Both the position numbers and the translations under genes were made by a program. From Lama guanicoe (Eukaryota): a stretch of 64,000 bases of DNA. Location: contig MU053934.1 in the NCBI GenBank assembly GCA_013239625.1, positions 11,323,003 through 11,387,002 on the forward strand, in the 5' to 3' direction. Of this stretch, positions 13,290-25,745 are shown piece after piece. Positions within the stretch are counted from its first letter, which is position 1. Every line of letters begins with the position of its first letter. Under the pieces are notes generated by a model that saw only the letters and a list, made by a program, of their open reading frames with translations, ran no database searches and had not been told where the DNA came from.

Positions 13290-13362
13290 ATACACACACA
13301 TGCGCACACACTCATGTGCACCACACATGTGCACACTGACCCCTGCACGTACACACATTCAC
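13290..13362. repeat. Degenerate CA-rich simple repeat
   Basis: atacacacacatgcgcacacactcatgtgcaccacacatgtgcacac... Confidence 0.7.
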
Positions 13363-14833
13363 GTCGAGGTTCCTTTTCAAATGCCGGTGAAGGCCGCCGT
13401 GGTTCTGTGGGACGCTTCTGTCACTGGGCGTTTAATCAGCCTCCCACACCTCTGCAGTCTTTGTCGGTCTTTTTCAAGCAGGGGCCTTCCTCGCAGAAAA
13501 GCTGGGGATGAGGCCCTCAGAGCTGGTAGAGGCCCCGAGGAAGTACTGGGCGGTCACTCACCACAGGACCCCCCAGGGAGCGGGTCTGAATCACCACGTT
13601 AACGGCTACTCGCTGATCACCCCTCAGAGTCAAGGGTGGATTTGCCATCAAGGGGACACCATGGTGTGGCCTCTGACCTAGCCCTGCTTGGAATTTACAG
13701 CGACCAACTTGCATAAAGTAAACTCCAGTCTGGTTCTCTGTAAAAGCTAAGTAGAACAGCACACACCTTCCCCGAAGGGCCCTGGCACCCCCAGCGCAGC
13801 TCCTCCCCCAGCTCTCTGCCTCATGGCACAGAAGGGCTGCGTGGCCAGTGCTGGCCCGCATTCGCTCAGTGCCCGGGTGAGAGCAGTCTGTTGCCTGCCC
13901 CCCGGTTCCCTCCCGTCCAGGTGCCACGTCCTCTCAGGCAGCTGAGCGATGGGCATTGCGATGGCGAAGACAGATGAGATGCCTGGAGCAGCCCTGCTGC
14001 ATCCGGAGCTGATGTCTGATCTCCAGGCTCCCTGCTCGGGTTCGTAAAGCCTGAGAAGCGCGTTAGGGCAGGCCTGGGGAGGGGGGCTGGGGGGCTCCAG
14101 CCGCCCCCAGGTCTGCCTTCAGCAGCCTGCTCTGGCGCCCTCTCCATCTCCTTCTGCTGGGGAGCCCTTCCCAGCACTCAGTCTCCCTCACACTCAGCCC
14201 TCCATCCCCTGCGGTTCAGCTACTCCGCCATCTGCAGCAGCCCCGCGCCCCGGCCAGCAGGCGCTGCGTCAGCGTCTGTCCTCCCACCCGCAGGGTCCAC
14301 TCCGCAGGGGTGGTCTGAGCAGGGCCCGAACGTGCTGGCTCTTTCCAGTTCACTCGAGCTCCCCGCTCTGCCTGGGTGCCCACCTCACTCCTGCTCTTTG
14401 CTGGTCCTTGATCGACGCAGCAAAGAGCTCATCCTGCAGCCTGGCTCCTCCGGTCCTGGAGCTGAGTGGCTGCGGTGCGTTAAGGCCAAGCAGGAGCCCT
14501 GCTCACAGAGGCCCCGGAGAGGAGGGCCCCCGGCCTGTGCTGAGCCTGGAGAGGCCGACACGGCACCGGAGCCCTCGCCGGGGGTGCGGTGGGAAGACAG
14601 AAGTGGGGACCCTGCGGCCACCCTGGCTTCTCCCCACTGGCTGTGTAGCCTCTGGGGGCTCCTGACTTGGGTCCTCGCTGTGTTTGGGGGAAGATGACAG
14701 ACAGAGTTGCCCACCTGCTCTGCCTGGAGCGGGGCCGGCTGGCTGTTCCACCTGCTCCATAAGCACAAGAAGACACGAGGCAGCTGAGAGCCCTCGGATC
14801 ACTTACCTGAGGACCCGCTCTTCCACGAGCAGT

Positions 14834-15150
14834 GGCTGTGGCTGAAGGGCGTCCCCAGGGTCACAGGTGGAAGCCCTGACCCACAGCAGGACTGCATCTG
14901 GAGGCATGGAGGTGCCTGAGGTTAAATGAGGTCCCGGGGTGAGTCTGACCCCACAGGAGCGTGGTTCTGCTATGAAGCGGACGAGGCAGAGGACGGGCCA
15001 CGTGTGGACGGCGTCCACACAGGGGTGGGTGGTATCCAGAGGACCAGCCCAGCCACACCTGGGTCCCAGATTCCAGCCTCTTCCTGACATGACCTGGAGC
15101 TGTGTCCCGGTCTCAGTGTGGGTGTGGGAGCCCCTGTTCCTTCACTGATG
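14834..15150 (+). mobile_element. MLT1A/B LTR
   Basis: GGAAGCCCTGACCCACAG...GAGGTTAAATGAGGTC...GATTCCAGCCTC. Confidence 0.75.
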
Positions 15151-17869
15151 TGGCTCTGGGGCAGCGAAGCCCCGGGCGGGGACGGCTGACGGCCCTGGCA
15201 TCCTGCAGGAGCCCCGCCTGCTGCTGTTAGCACCGGAGGTGCCTGTGTCTTCCCCCTCTGTGAATTCAGGCACGTCCGTCCACGGAAAGCTTAGCTTCTG
15301 GCCGCTCAGCCCGGGGCCCCAGGGAACGCATCCTTGACCTCATCCAAGGGGGAGGCTCAGCTGGGCACAAGAGGCCCCCAGGACCGGGGCCAATGCCTGG
15401 ACACAGGTGCAGGTAGCTCTCGGATGGAGCCACGTTCCTCCTGCTGCCCCCGACTGTGGGGTCCCCTGATGGACGGGCCGTCCCCGCACACCCGCGTGGG
15501 ACGCGAAGGCGGAGATGACTGGTCACAGCCCTGCCACCCAGTGAAGGGAGCCCCCCACCCCAGTGCGATAGACTGTAATGGAGAATCCCACAGATTACAG
15601 GAAGGAAGGCGGCCCCGGATCCAGCTGCACATGGACAGAGCAGAGGCAGAGAGGGGCCGGGCCAGGGCGGGAGAGCCCCAGGCCTGCTTCTGTTCTGCCT
15701 GGGGGTGGAGGTGCGGGCTGGGGGCGGGGGACCATCTCTGCTTCTGCCGCACCGGGCGGGAGGCTCTCCGACCCCAGAAGAGGACAGTGGTGTGGGGCAG
15801 GGGGCCAGCTCTCCACCCTGATCTGGATGCTCTGCCAGGTTTTGCAGCAGAAACCAGTGCCCAGCCCGCACTGTGTCACGGGACACAGGCCATGTCACGC
15901 CCAGGCTCTGCGCCCCGCATCCCTGCCCTTCTGGGCCTGGCCTGAGTAAGTGGAGACAGAGCGACAGCTGAGCCCCACCCGGCCCCCACCCCACCCCCTG
16001 CCCCTGGGGCTTCTCTCAGGAGCCCCCATCACCTCCAGGCACCTGCTCGTGGCCGAGCGGGCCCCACGTCTGTCCTCACTTCCTCGGGTGGGTGCCCGCC
16101 AACCTGGAGCCTCAGGCAGCCTTGGGGCTGGGGGCGGAGACACTGACCCTCCCAGGACCCCTTCAGCTTTGGTCCAGCGCTGCCATCAGCCTGCAGGTGG
16201 TCCTGGGCCTGAAACACCTGAACACCAGTGAAGCGGCCCCCACCGATGGGTCCAGGGTACTGCCGCATACAGCTGGGGACGAGAGGGCAGGATGCAGGGA
16301 GGCCTCGGGGGGCCTGAGGGTCTCCAAGCTGCTCCCTGGAGCCCTGTGCCTGCCGCCGGGTTCCAGGGCCACGGGCTTGGGGGAGGGGAGGCCGGGTGAG
16401 TCCTGACCAGCGGGCAGCTTCTCTTCCTGGCTCCTGGCCGGCATCGGGAGCTGCAGGGGTGAATGCGGCACACTGGCCTGGCAGGGCTGGGGGAGACGTG
16501 AAGACCAGGTGCCCCAGGGAGAGGCGTCATTTGTCTGGGGTGGAGGCCAGTTCCAGCCAGTGTCCAGACTCCCCCTGAGCTCACTGGGTGAAGACAAGGG
16601 CCCTCTCCCGGCCCCCACCAGCTGTTTCCAGGACAGGGTGAGTGGGCAGGGCAGGTCACAGGTGGTGCCCCGGGTGGAGCTGTCTGCAGAGGGATGGGGA
16701 GGGTGGGGCTCCAGGTGAGCAAGGACAGCGGGCGCACAGCCTGGCGCGGCCGAGGAATTGAGAGCAGCCAAGAGGCTGCGGTTCGGCCAGCATGGCAGGG
16801 ACGGGGACCTGCGACATGGGCGGGGTTGGATGGGAGTCTGCTGGGAGCCCCAGGGAGGAGGCACGGCTCAGGCAGGATGGGGTGGATCCAGGGCCCAACA
16901 GGAGCCTCTGTAAGGAGGGGTGGGGGGTCAGAAGCTGAGCTGGGATTTCTGGGGCCACCCGGCCTCTAAGAACAGGCCCCCAGCCCATCTGGAGAGGCCC
17001 CTCCTGGGCCCCTCACACCTGCTTGGTCCAGTGTCCTCCGTTCCCACCCCAGAGCTGAGCCCTGCAGGGAGACAGGGCAGGAAAAGGCAGCCCCAAGCCC
17101 TACCAAGCCTGGTCCTGCAAGGCAGTGGCCACCAGGAGACTGTCTATGGGATGTCAGGCTCTGGGCTCCCTGCCTGGGACTGGGGCCACCCTAGAGGACA
17201 AGGGGACCAGTGCCCAGTGGAGACGTAGCGGGGGAGGCTTCTAGAGCCAGGGCCCCACCGCTGTGGCTGCAGCGCTCCGTGGAAGCTGTAGGCTGTTCTG
17301 TCTCCATCATTTTAATGGTGATACTCCTGCTGCCCCAGAGTCGAGACTGGGAACTGGCAGGTCACCGCACGGCCGTGAGCTGCATGTCCTGTCGCATTTC
17401 CTGGGACTCTGGGACAGTGGGGGCCTTGTCAGCCAGCATGTGTGCACCACCCCAGCCCTGCAGCCTCCCAGGAGCCCTGTGGGTGTGAGACACACACGTT
17501 CCCATCACTCTGCTCAGTACAGCTATGCCGCACCCGCTGTGTGCAAGGCCTGGTTGGGGAAACAGGTGGATGTAATGCATGGGGTGGAGGACACACAGCC
17601 CAGACCGGCAGCCGACAGTGCTCCGCCATGCTCTCCGCCATGGCCAAGGGCCGGGGGGCTGCCCAGGGCACGGAGGAAGGAGGAGTCCCTGGGGCTTCTC
17701 TCTGTGGCAAGCGTAGATTTCTCCTCCAGCCTTCAGGTCAGAAATCAAGTTTTATGTCCCCACAAAGGTCAGCTGGCATCTCTTAAGCACACTGTCCGGG
17801 CAAGGCCAGCCTCCCAGACATTTGCTGGGTTCTGCCATCCCCGACTGGGGCCCTCCAGGTCCACAGAGG

Positions 17870-17898
17870 CTGACGGCCCTCCTCTCTTTGCTCCACAG
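17870..17898 (+). promoter_or_regulatory. TAFA5: 3' splice site of the TAFA5 terminal exon (branch point, polypyrimidine tract, AG)
   Basis: CTGAC branch-like motif at 17870-17874 (A 25 nt before the intron end), pyrimidine tract CCCTCCTCTCTTTGCTCC, CAG at 17896-17898. Confidence 0.85.
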
Positions 17899-17907
17899 GT
17901 CTCCTGA
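17899..17907 (+). CDS. TAFA5: TAFA5 (FAM19A5) terminal coding exon portion: Val-Ser-stop
   Basis: Acceptor ...ctttgctccacag|GTC TCC TGA, followed by CAAACACAGCCCC...GGGGCCCCGGGAGTGGCCTTGGCTCCCTGG, which matches my recollection of the human TAFA5 last exon (protein ends ...KTTTVS*). Several downstream UTR blocks also match. Upstream coding exons (e.g. WCDMLPCLEGEGC) are not in the ORF track and lie 5' of the window. Confidence 0.9.
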   Translation, partial: VS

Positions 17908-18344
17908 CAAACACAGCCCCAGAGGGGCCCCGGGAGTGGCCTTGGCTCCCTGGCAAGTCCACACCTTGGCCACGGTTCCCGTCCGTCGAGGACGACACCA
18001 TTCTCCGTCATCCGCCCACCCTCCGTTTCTCTGTGGCCCATCAAGGGCACCTGCTTCCTGGGCCCCCTGAGCTGAATCTGTCCGTCCGGCCGCCCGGAGG
18101 AGTCAGGCCTGGGACACTGGGACACACAGCGTGGCTGCACCGGGCATCCGTCCGTGGGAGCCTGGCCTGGCCTGCCCTCCCTACGGAGGAAGAGGAGGAG
18201 GAGGAGGCTGCAGTCCAGCTGGCCTGAAGGAGGACAGCACTGGCCCGGGGGAGGATGGACTCTCGGGCGCAGAAGTGGCCTCTCCTGGTGCCCCAGACTG
18301 TCCGAATCGCTTTTATTTTCTTACCCTTTCAGTATATTCAATAG

Positions 18345-18352
18345 ACCAAAGA
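18345..18352 (+). promoter_or_regulatory. miR-9-5p 8mer target site (ACCAAAGA) in the TAFA5 3'UTR
   Basis: Exact 8mer match to the miR-9 seed in an AU-rich UTR block. Confidence 0.55.
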
Positions 18353-18837
18353 TCAAAATCTATTTTAACGCGGACTCACCCTCACCATCAGAGTCCCTGG
18401 GTTTGACTTGGCGGCACGGGGCAGAGACATGCTGGTGGCCCCGGCGGGGCGGAGGGGGCGGCCCCGCCAGAGGCCTCCGCCCCAAGGACACTACGGTGCC
18501 ACCTGAGGGGCCGGGTCGGCCGGAGGACCCTGCAGCTGCTCTGTGGGACACGGCGGGCGATGTCCCCACGCAGCAGACCCGGCGGGCGCGCCTCCCCGGA
18601 AACCCAGGCCGCGTGCACACCCCGCTCCTCTGTACTTAGATGGACTTGATCGTACTAAACTCACTTTCTGTTTTAACCAGTTAAACACGCCTCTCTGCAG
18701 CTCCATCTGGTAGTGGGATAATCCAGAATTCGCCAAGAGCATGTTGGGTCTCCCATGACGGCTGTCTCATCAGATCACCATTTAGCTCCAGAAAGCAAAT
18801 TAAAGAAAACTAAAGTAACCCTTGTTTGAAAGAGATC

Positions 18838-18843
18838 ATTAAA
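18838..18843 (+). terminator. TAFA5: Candidate proximal polyadenylation signal ATTAAA
   Basis: ATTAAA inside an AT-rich UTR block, followed ~35 nt later by a U/GU-rich tract (GTTTTTATATGTTGTATATTTG). Confidence 0.5.
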
Positions 18844-19900
18844 TGTATTTTGCAAAGCCTAAAGTTATATATTTAACAGTTTTTATATGTTGTATATTTG
18901 TAGAAAGCCCTATTTAACAGTTACTGTGGCAGCCCGGGCGGTCCCGAAGGCTCTGGTGTGGGCGGCGGGGCCCGGAGCCCCGGACAGGGGGCACCCGGGC
19001 GCCGGGGAGGGCGGGGCTGGGCGGCTAGCTGCGGCCACATCCACAGCGGCGCCGCACGCCGGCCTGGGCCGGTGGAAGGGCCTGCTGCTTCTCGCTTGGT
19101 CTGGGCCGGCGGTGCTTGCCCCCCGGCCTCTGCCTTGGTGAGCACCGAGTGAGTAGGCCTTTGGTCACGGCTCCTCCGACGGATCTGTCTCCCTTTTCCT
19201 TGTTCCTCCCACACTCACAGGTCTTAAGGGCGGCCAGTCCCTTCTTCCCAGTCAGATGTCTGCTCCTTCCCAGTCTTCACGTCCGAGGTGGAGACGCGGG
19301 GGCTGGGCCGGGCCCCCGGCCTCCCCACAGCCTCCTGCGAGGCGGTGTCCCCGAGCCCCTGAATAAGGGGCCCTCAGGCCAGGTCCCCTTATTTCCCTAA
19401 GCTTCAGCTGAGGCATACTACCTAAGGGTCCAATTAACCAGAGTGTCATGCTAGCTCTATACTACTAAAAACAAGTTTAATACCAGACTATATAGAAGCT
19501 GTCCCCACAACCCATAGACTAAAGACAGGAGAGAAAACCCAGTTATTTAAGACCCGTTCCGATGGCCATGAGTGTTTACCTTTCCGCCGCCGCCAGGTTA
19601 GAGGTGCCTGCGTCCTGGAGGGAAGGGGCTGGCCAAGGTTCTGTTTGTCATCACAGAGGAGGTGGCCTGCGAGGACGCGGTCCTGGCCCCAGGCTCCGTG
19701 AGCAGGACGGCCCGGGAGGGCCCCCGGCCCAGCACGCCTCTGCCCTGCCCTGCCAGCATCCCCACCACCCCTCCCCGCCTGTTTCTTTGGACAGCAAGTG
19801 CAGGCTCTCCCAGGGCAGAGACCGGGAGATTTCCTATGTCACGGCACTTTTTTCTTGTTTTACAGTATTCAGTTTTGTGTTGATTCAGCTAAATTATGGA

Positions 19901-19906
19901 AATAAA
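19901..19906 (+). terminator. TAFA5: Distal polyadenylation signal AATAAA of TAFA5
   Basis: AATAAA preceded by a U-rich upstream element (TTTTTTCTTGTTTTACAGTATTCAGTTTTGTGTTG), with a CA at 19926-19927 followed by TGGCTTCTGTT. Confidence 0.8.
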
Positions 19907-21001
19907 GAAAAAATCCTTTGATAAGCATGGCTTCTGTTCGCCGGCCGCGGTGTCCTGGGAGGGGCTGCGGCTGGCGTGGCGGGCGGGGACAGAGCCTCCT
20001 TCCGGGTGGTGGGCCCGCCCGCCAGACGACGCTTAGTCGAGAGCCCTCTGGATTTTCCTGGACCCCCTGAGGATGCTCCCTGAGGCCCCACCCCCAACGA
20101 GTGGACAGAGCCTGGCCCATAACCCCACGCCATCCCCTCTGAGGCCGTGCGCCCCTCTCCAAGCCGGTGGGGAGGTGGACAGCCGCATCTCTTCACGTCT
20201 TCCCGGGGTCTGTGAGCCAAGCCCCGCACACTCCCCCAGACACGGGAGCAGAGCCCTACTCAGGGGCTCCCAAAGGAGACCTGAGTCTAAAGGACGCCCT
20301 TTCCAGGGAAACCTACTCCAGTCTCCAAAGAGCCATCCCTGCTGTGTTGAGAGCCCCCCGTCCGCGGCCGTGCGCCGTTGGGGGAGGCCACGCCTGCTGG
20401 GCTCCAGCAGCTCTTTACGAAACACTGATCGGCCCTGGGACCTGCGGCTGGGTGGTGGGTTGTGAGCCATCTGAAGCCTGTGCCTGATGTAAGGGGACCT
20501 CACTGGCCTTTGGAGCTGTTACAACGGGTGAGAGACCCCCACCCTCTGGCACAGAGCGGGCTTGTCCTGGGATGGAGGGAAAGGAAAACAGCGAAGGCCT
20601 AGCTGCTGCCACAGGGCCCCCCAGGGGGGCTCTCCCCCTCTGGGTGGGGGCCCGGGTGCCCATGTCAGAAAGGGCTTTCCCCCAGGGCAGGGGGCACCTG
20701 GGGCGAGCGGCTTAGAGGCTTTGCAAACAGGCCAGGGCAGCATGGACGGGAAGGAGAGGGGGCCCCACGCCCCCCTCCTCTGTCCACACAGAACAGTGAG
20801 GAGCGGGGAGGAGCAGGGGTGTGAGTGTGCCGGAGGGAACGCTGCCACCCGACAGCCACCTGCCCAGTCGCTATTCCAGAGTCTTCTGGGAGTAACAGAG
20901 GGAAAAACAAAATCGTGACACTAAAGAAAAGACAAAGAGCTTCAGGACCACCAGGTCTCATAAAAATGGACGATCACCTTCAACCAGAGCCGGGGTGCAC
21001 C

Positions 21002-21060
21002 TGTCAGGGTGGGCTGGGTGATGCTGCAGTAACAAACAGCCTGCCTCTGCGAAGCCGACC
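21002..21060 (-). mobile_element. Old MLT1 LTR end fragment
   Basis: TGTCAGGGTGGGCTGGGTGATGCTGCAGTAACAAAC resembles the MLT1K/L terminus. Confidence 0.45.
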
Positions 21061-24000
21061 TTCCCATCCTCAGGGCTCTCCCCTTGCGCCCCCAGCCGGT
21101 GTGCCTGGCGGAGCCGTCTCCAGGGAGGCTCCCTCCCTCTCCGTGATCGGGGACCCTGGATCACCAGTACCACTGCAAAGGCTTCTGCGTGGAGGTGACG
21201 CCCGCCCCGCCCGCTCTGCTCCGGCCACGCCCGCACGTCCCGGTCTCGGGGGAGAACTGTCTGCAGTGACAGTGCTGCTTCTGTTGTTTGTTGATTTGAG
21301 CTGCTGGCCTGGGTGTCTTCACCCACCAAACGGCACAGGCATCGTTGCCGCCCACCTCCAGCCCTCAGTTCCTCAGAGCGTGGAGGAGGCGTGAGTTCCC
21401 CTCCCTGCGCTGGGGGACGACACGCACGGTCTACACGGCGCCCCACCTCCGCGGAGAGCTGAGGCTGAGACAAGCATGGGCGCTGCCCCAGGGGGGAGAG
21501 AATCAGACAGTCCTCCTGGGCCGCCGGCCGGCCCCTCCTGCGGCCCCAGGCCAGCCTTGCTCTCCGGCAGACGGAGGCCCAGTGTCCTCGGGGCACAGCC
21601 TGGGCCTGGAGGAGGCCACCCGGCCGTGCGATGGGAGGGTGGGAATCTGGAGTCAGCCCGGTTTCAGCTGCTGGTGTAGGTGAGATGCACCTCCTCTGGG
21701 GGCCTCCCTGTTGGTGCACCAGAGAGGGCGGAGCTGAGCCCCCCAGGGTCCCTGAGCAACGCAGGAATCGCCTCAAAGAACAGGAGGGGCGTGGCCTTCG
21801 CCCCTAGTTGTGGCCATTTTGGGGCAGCTGCACATGTGAGCACCACTGGCTCCCTGCTCCGTCTCTCGGAACTTGTCCCACAGCCACATTTAACAGAGAG
21901 GCCCCGTGGCCACCTGTCAGCCAGCATCCTTGGTCCTCGTCTTAGGATGTGAACCCAGGCTGCAGGGGAAGGGGAGCTGTAGGCACCTGCCTGTGGGGCT
22001 GGGGGTGCCACTTCCACAGTCACTGTCATTACGGCCATCAGGCACATGCTGGCGGTCAGTTCCTGGACCGGCCAGTCAGGTGGTGTGAACACGGCACGTG
22101 TGTGTGCGTGCCTGTGCTCTGGGTCACCCTTGTGTGCTGAGTACTTTCCAAGTCAGGGGTCCGGGGAGGAGCCTCGAGGAGCCCCACGGTCACACTCAGA
22201 GGTGTTGGTCTGGAGAGCGGCTGAGACAGGCTGACCAGTGACGGCACCACCGTCAGAACCTCAGCTGCCCGGGTGGATGCCCGCAGCCCTGCGTCCCCAA
22301 GGCCTCTCCTGCCCGTGTCCCACGCTGGCATCCGGAGGTGGTCCCTTCACCGTCCTCGTCCTGAGCTGACCGCCTCCCAGAGAGGCTGGCACCAGGGGAA
22401 CCTGCGTCTCTTGAAAGCCCTTGTGGGATGTGAGGACAGGGAGACTCCCGGAGCCGCCAGGGCGCCGGGGTCAGGCAGGAGGCTGGGGCCGCACACGACC
22501 GTCCTGCCTGTCCGGCTGGTCGCAGCCGCTGGGGCACCGTGCCCGCCGCGGAGCCGGAGACAGCGCCCATGCGGCCGTGGAGAGGACCTGATTCAGGGCC
22601 TGAGAAAGTTCCCAGAACGCTGGCCCTGCTCCCTCAGGGCCCAGGGAGAGGCAAGCTGGGGTGCCGGAGGGGCCCCATGCTGATCCAGCCGAGGCTGAGG
22701 GAGGTGAGCGCCCGCGGGAGGGGCTGGAGGAGGCAGATGGGGGTGGGGTGTGCTCAGAGGTGAGGGCGGTGTGTGCCCCGCTGGCTGGGATGGGCGTCCG
22801 GGCTGCTCAGCACGGGCCCAGGACCCCAGGACAGCCGGGGACAGCAGCCCACACTCCCCACAGACATGTTGCCCCCACTTCCCCCAGCACGCTTTACCCC
22901 CGACCCTGAACTTGCTGACCCTCCACTCCCACTGAGATGAAGGCTCTGGGCACCCGTTCTACGGGTGCTGCTCACGCCCTGTGCCCTGCCCCTGGGGCTG
23001 CTGTCACGTGGAAACGGGGGACTCAGCTGCCCCCAGACGCCCGGGCTCCGGCTGCGTGCAGGTGTTTGCAGGGGCCGCCTCGGTGGTGATGTCTCAGCGC
23101 CGCTCCGGGCGGGGTTCGCACCCTGAGTCCCTGGCTGTTTCCAGAGGTCCACGTGTCCTGCCCCTCAGCCCCTGCCCCCGGGCCTCAGACGCAGGGCCTG
23201 CCACCCTCCACAGCAGCTCCCCGGCCGGGGCCGCGGCCTTGGGCGTCGCTCAGCCTCCCAAGCCCGGGGCGGCGGGCTCCGCGCTCCCAGTGCCCGGGGA
23301 CGCCCTGCCTCCTCCCTGTGCTGCCCGTCGAGCTTCCCAGCCGCACATGCCTTCTCCACTTAGTTGTTAGCTTCTTTCCAGGATACGCTGCGTCTTAAAT
23401 ATCTTTTATTTCTCCCTTCTGTGCCTGGGGTCATGGAATTACTTTAAAATAATAGCCACGTTTATTTTCTGCTTTTACAAATGTCACCTGATTTATTCCT
23501 TTCGCCAGAGCTGCGGGGAGGGGATCAGTCTCCTTTCTGGGGGGAGGGTGGGAGCGGGCGGCCCCTTCCTGCTGGGCGATGTCACCCTTGGCCCCCCATG
23601 GCTCTCACTGGGAGACGACTTTATCCCAGAACAAAGGGAGCCTGGAAAGGGCCCCTCCAGGCCGGCTGCACCGTCCAGCCAAACCTGAAGGCAGGAGGTG
23701 AGCCTGGGGAACAGAACAGTTGCCGCCAAGGAAAAAGTCACTGTGAGGCCCGTGAAGACGCGAGGAAGACTTTGTTGAGTCCTATTGTGGCGGGGAGGCG
23801 GGGTTCCACTCCGAGCGCAGCAGCGTGGGGATTTACCGCCCAGGAGCAGAGTGGACGGGAGGCCGGCACCGAGACATCGGGGCCGGGGGATTCTTGCCGT
23901 GGGCAGGTCAGCGAAGCGGGGGCTCCCTGGAGGCTGACCGCACAGGACTCTGGCTAAGACGGCCCGTCAGGGACGCACACAGAACCCCGCGGCCAGGCCT

Positions 24001-25709
24001 GCCGAGCACAGGACCGGGGGCCTGATAAAAATCGTTCACGGGAAGTGTGCTGGTCGTGAACTTTCTCTGAACGTGCAAAGGCGGCTTTTCGTCACTAACC
24101 TCCACGAAGTGACCCTCTCGTTTGAGCCCGGACTCACTTCTGGGAACACAGAAGGGAGGGAAGCTCCCGCCCCGGGGCACGGCGTGGCTCGTGTCCGTGG
24201 TCGCCGCCGTGGCCCCGACGTGCTCGGGCAGGGAGAGGGGGGCGTCCTCGGAAGCGCCTTTGGGTGACGCTCGGTCTGATGCCGCCCAGACGTGGCAAGG
24301 CCAGCCCTCCGTCAGGGGCTGGCCGTAGCCCCTGGAGCAAAGCCCTTCCCTCCGGTCCAGGGAAGGCAGGCGCACCCGCCCGTGAGCAACAGGGCTGTGG
24401 TCCAGCGGGCCTGCTCAGGTCCGGGCCCTTGTGTTCCAAGGACACGCCCAGATGCCCCTGCAGCTCGGGGGCCATGCTGTCAGGGGTTCTCGGGACCGTC
24501 CCCGAGGGGTGGACGAGGCCTCACCGAGCCAGGCAGGCGGAACGGCCTGGGCTCCCTTCTGAGAGGTATGGGTGGGCTCTCCACGTGCCTGCTTGACCTC
24601 GTCCCCAAAAAGCCATCATGTGCAACATCAGCGAACACATGAGGACACACAGCCCACTGGGGAACATTCTAACTGGGCCGAGAAGGATGAGGCCATGTCA
24701 AGGCCGAACACACGGGGCTGGGGACCCTTGCTGACGACAGACACCAGCGGGAGCCCTGCCCCTGCCTGCGCGGCCTCCCTTCAGCCACACCACTGGGGAG
24801 AGGAGGCCAGAGTGGCCTTGGGGCTGAGGTCTCAGGAGCATGAATGCAGCAGAGTCTCCCAGAGTCCACAGCAGTCAGGAGATATTGAGGTCCACTGTGC
24901 ACGTGGGGAGGATGCCAACGTCCCCCCAGGAAATGCCCCGTGTGGCCCGGGGGTCCCAGCTCTGCACCCTCCCGGCGTGGGTGCCCTAGATCAAGAGATG
25001 CCTCTGCCCTTCCCAGGCCCCCGAGCCCGGGAGGACGGGGTAAGAGCCCCGCTGACTCGGGCAGAGGGAGGCCCCGCAGTGAGAGCTCGGAGGGCAGAGG
25101 CGGGTCCCGGCATGGGGGCACTGGACGCAGGGGCTCCACCGCCCAGGTTTTCAAGTGTTTTGCCAGCTTCCACCCGGCACGCCCGTCAGGACCCGCGGAC
25201 GCCGCAGATGTGCTAGTGAAATCGATCTGGCCAAGTCATCGATCTTACTCCTAAAGCGTACCCCGAGCTCCCCCCACGGAGGTGCCCGCACGTGTGAGGC
25301 CAACGGTCATAAGTCACCGCGAGAGAATGAACTTCTGACTTTCCGATAATTAGCCTGGCTTTTCTGCTTTGGATTCATAAACTTCTCCCTAGTTACGGCT
25401 GCGAGACCCTCAGTCACCGGGGAGGGAGCCAAGGCCAGGGCGCCGTCCCTCTGGGGAGACAGCCTGCGTGACGGAGGGCGTGGGAGGGGCCCCGGAGGGG
25501 CGGCAGCCGGGCACCCCATCGTCACCTGCAGACGCCCCTTCATCACGAGGAAAGAAACATCTGTGGCAGCAGCGACGACACAAAGCCCCCGAAGGTCACT
25601 GGCCACCGGGGTGGCCCCTTCTGGGATTCTGTGCTCGGGCCGAAGAAGGGAATTTCTACACTGCTAGGCCTGCCTTTGCTCCAGGTGCCTTGGCTTCCAT
25701 ATTCCATGT

Positions 25710-25745
25710 TCAAGGTCAAGGTTAAGGTCAAGGTTAAGGTCAAGG
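25710..25745. repeat. Hexamer tandem repeat (TYAAGG)x6
   Basis: TCAAGG TCAAGG TTAAGG TCAAGG TTAAGG TCAAGG. Confidence 0.95.

Larger units (their letters stand above)
1..17898 (+). other. TAFA5: Distal part of the last intron of TAFA5
   Basis: Lies upstream of the terminal-exon acceptor, and no TAFA5 coding exon is recognisable in it. The orthologous human intron is, as I recall, tens of kb long. Confidence 0.8.
17908..19927 (+). other. TAFA5: TAFA5 3'UTR
   Basis: AT-rich blocks recognisable from human TAFA5 mRNA, e.g. CCCAGACTGTCCGAAT..TTTTATTTTCTTA (~18290), TGTACTTAGAT..TTTCTGTTTTAACCAGTTAAAC (~18630) and TTGTTTGAAAGAGATCATTAAATGTATTTTGCAAAGCCTAAAGTTATATATTTAACAG (~18820). Ends shortly after AATAAA; the exact cleavage site is estimated. 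Confidence 0.85.
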
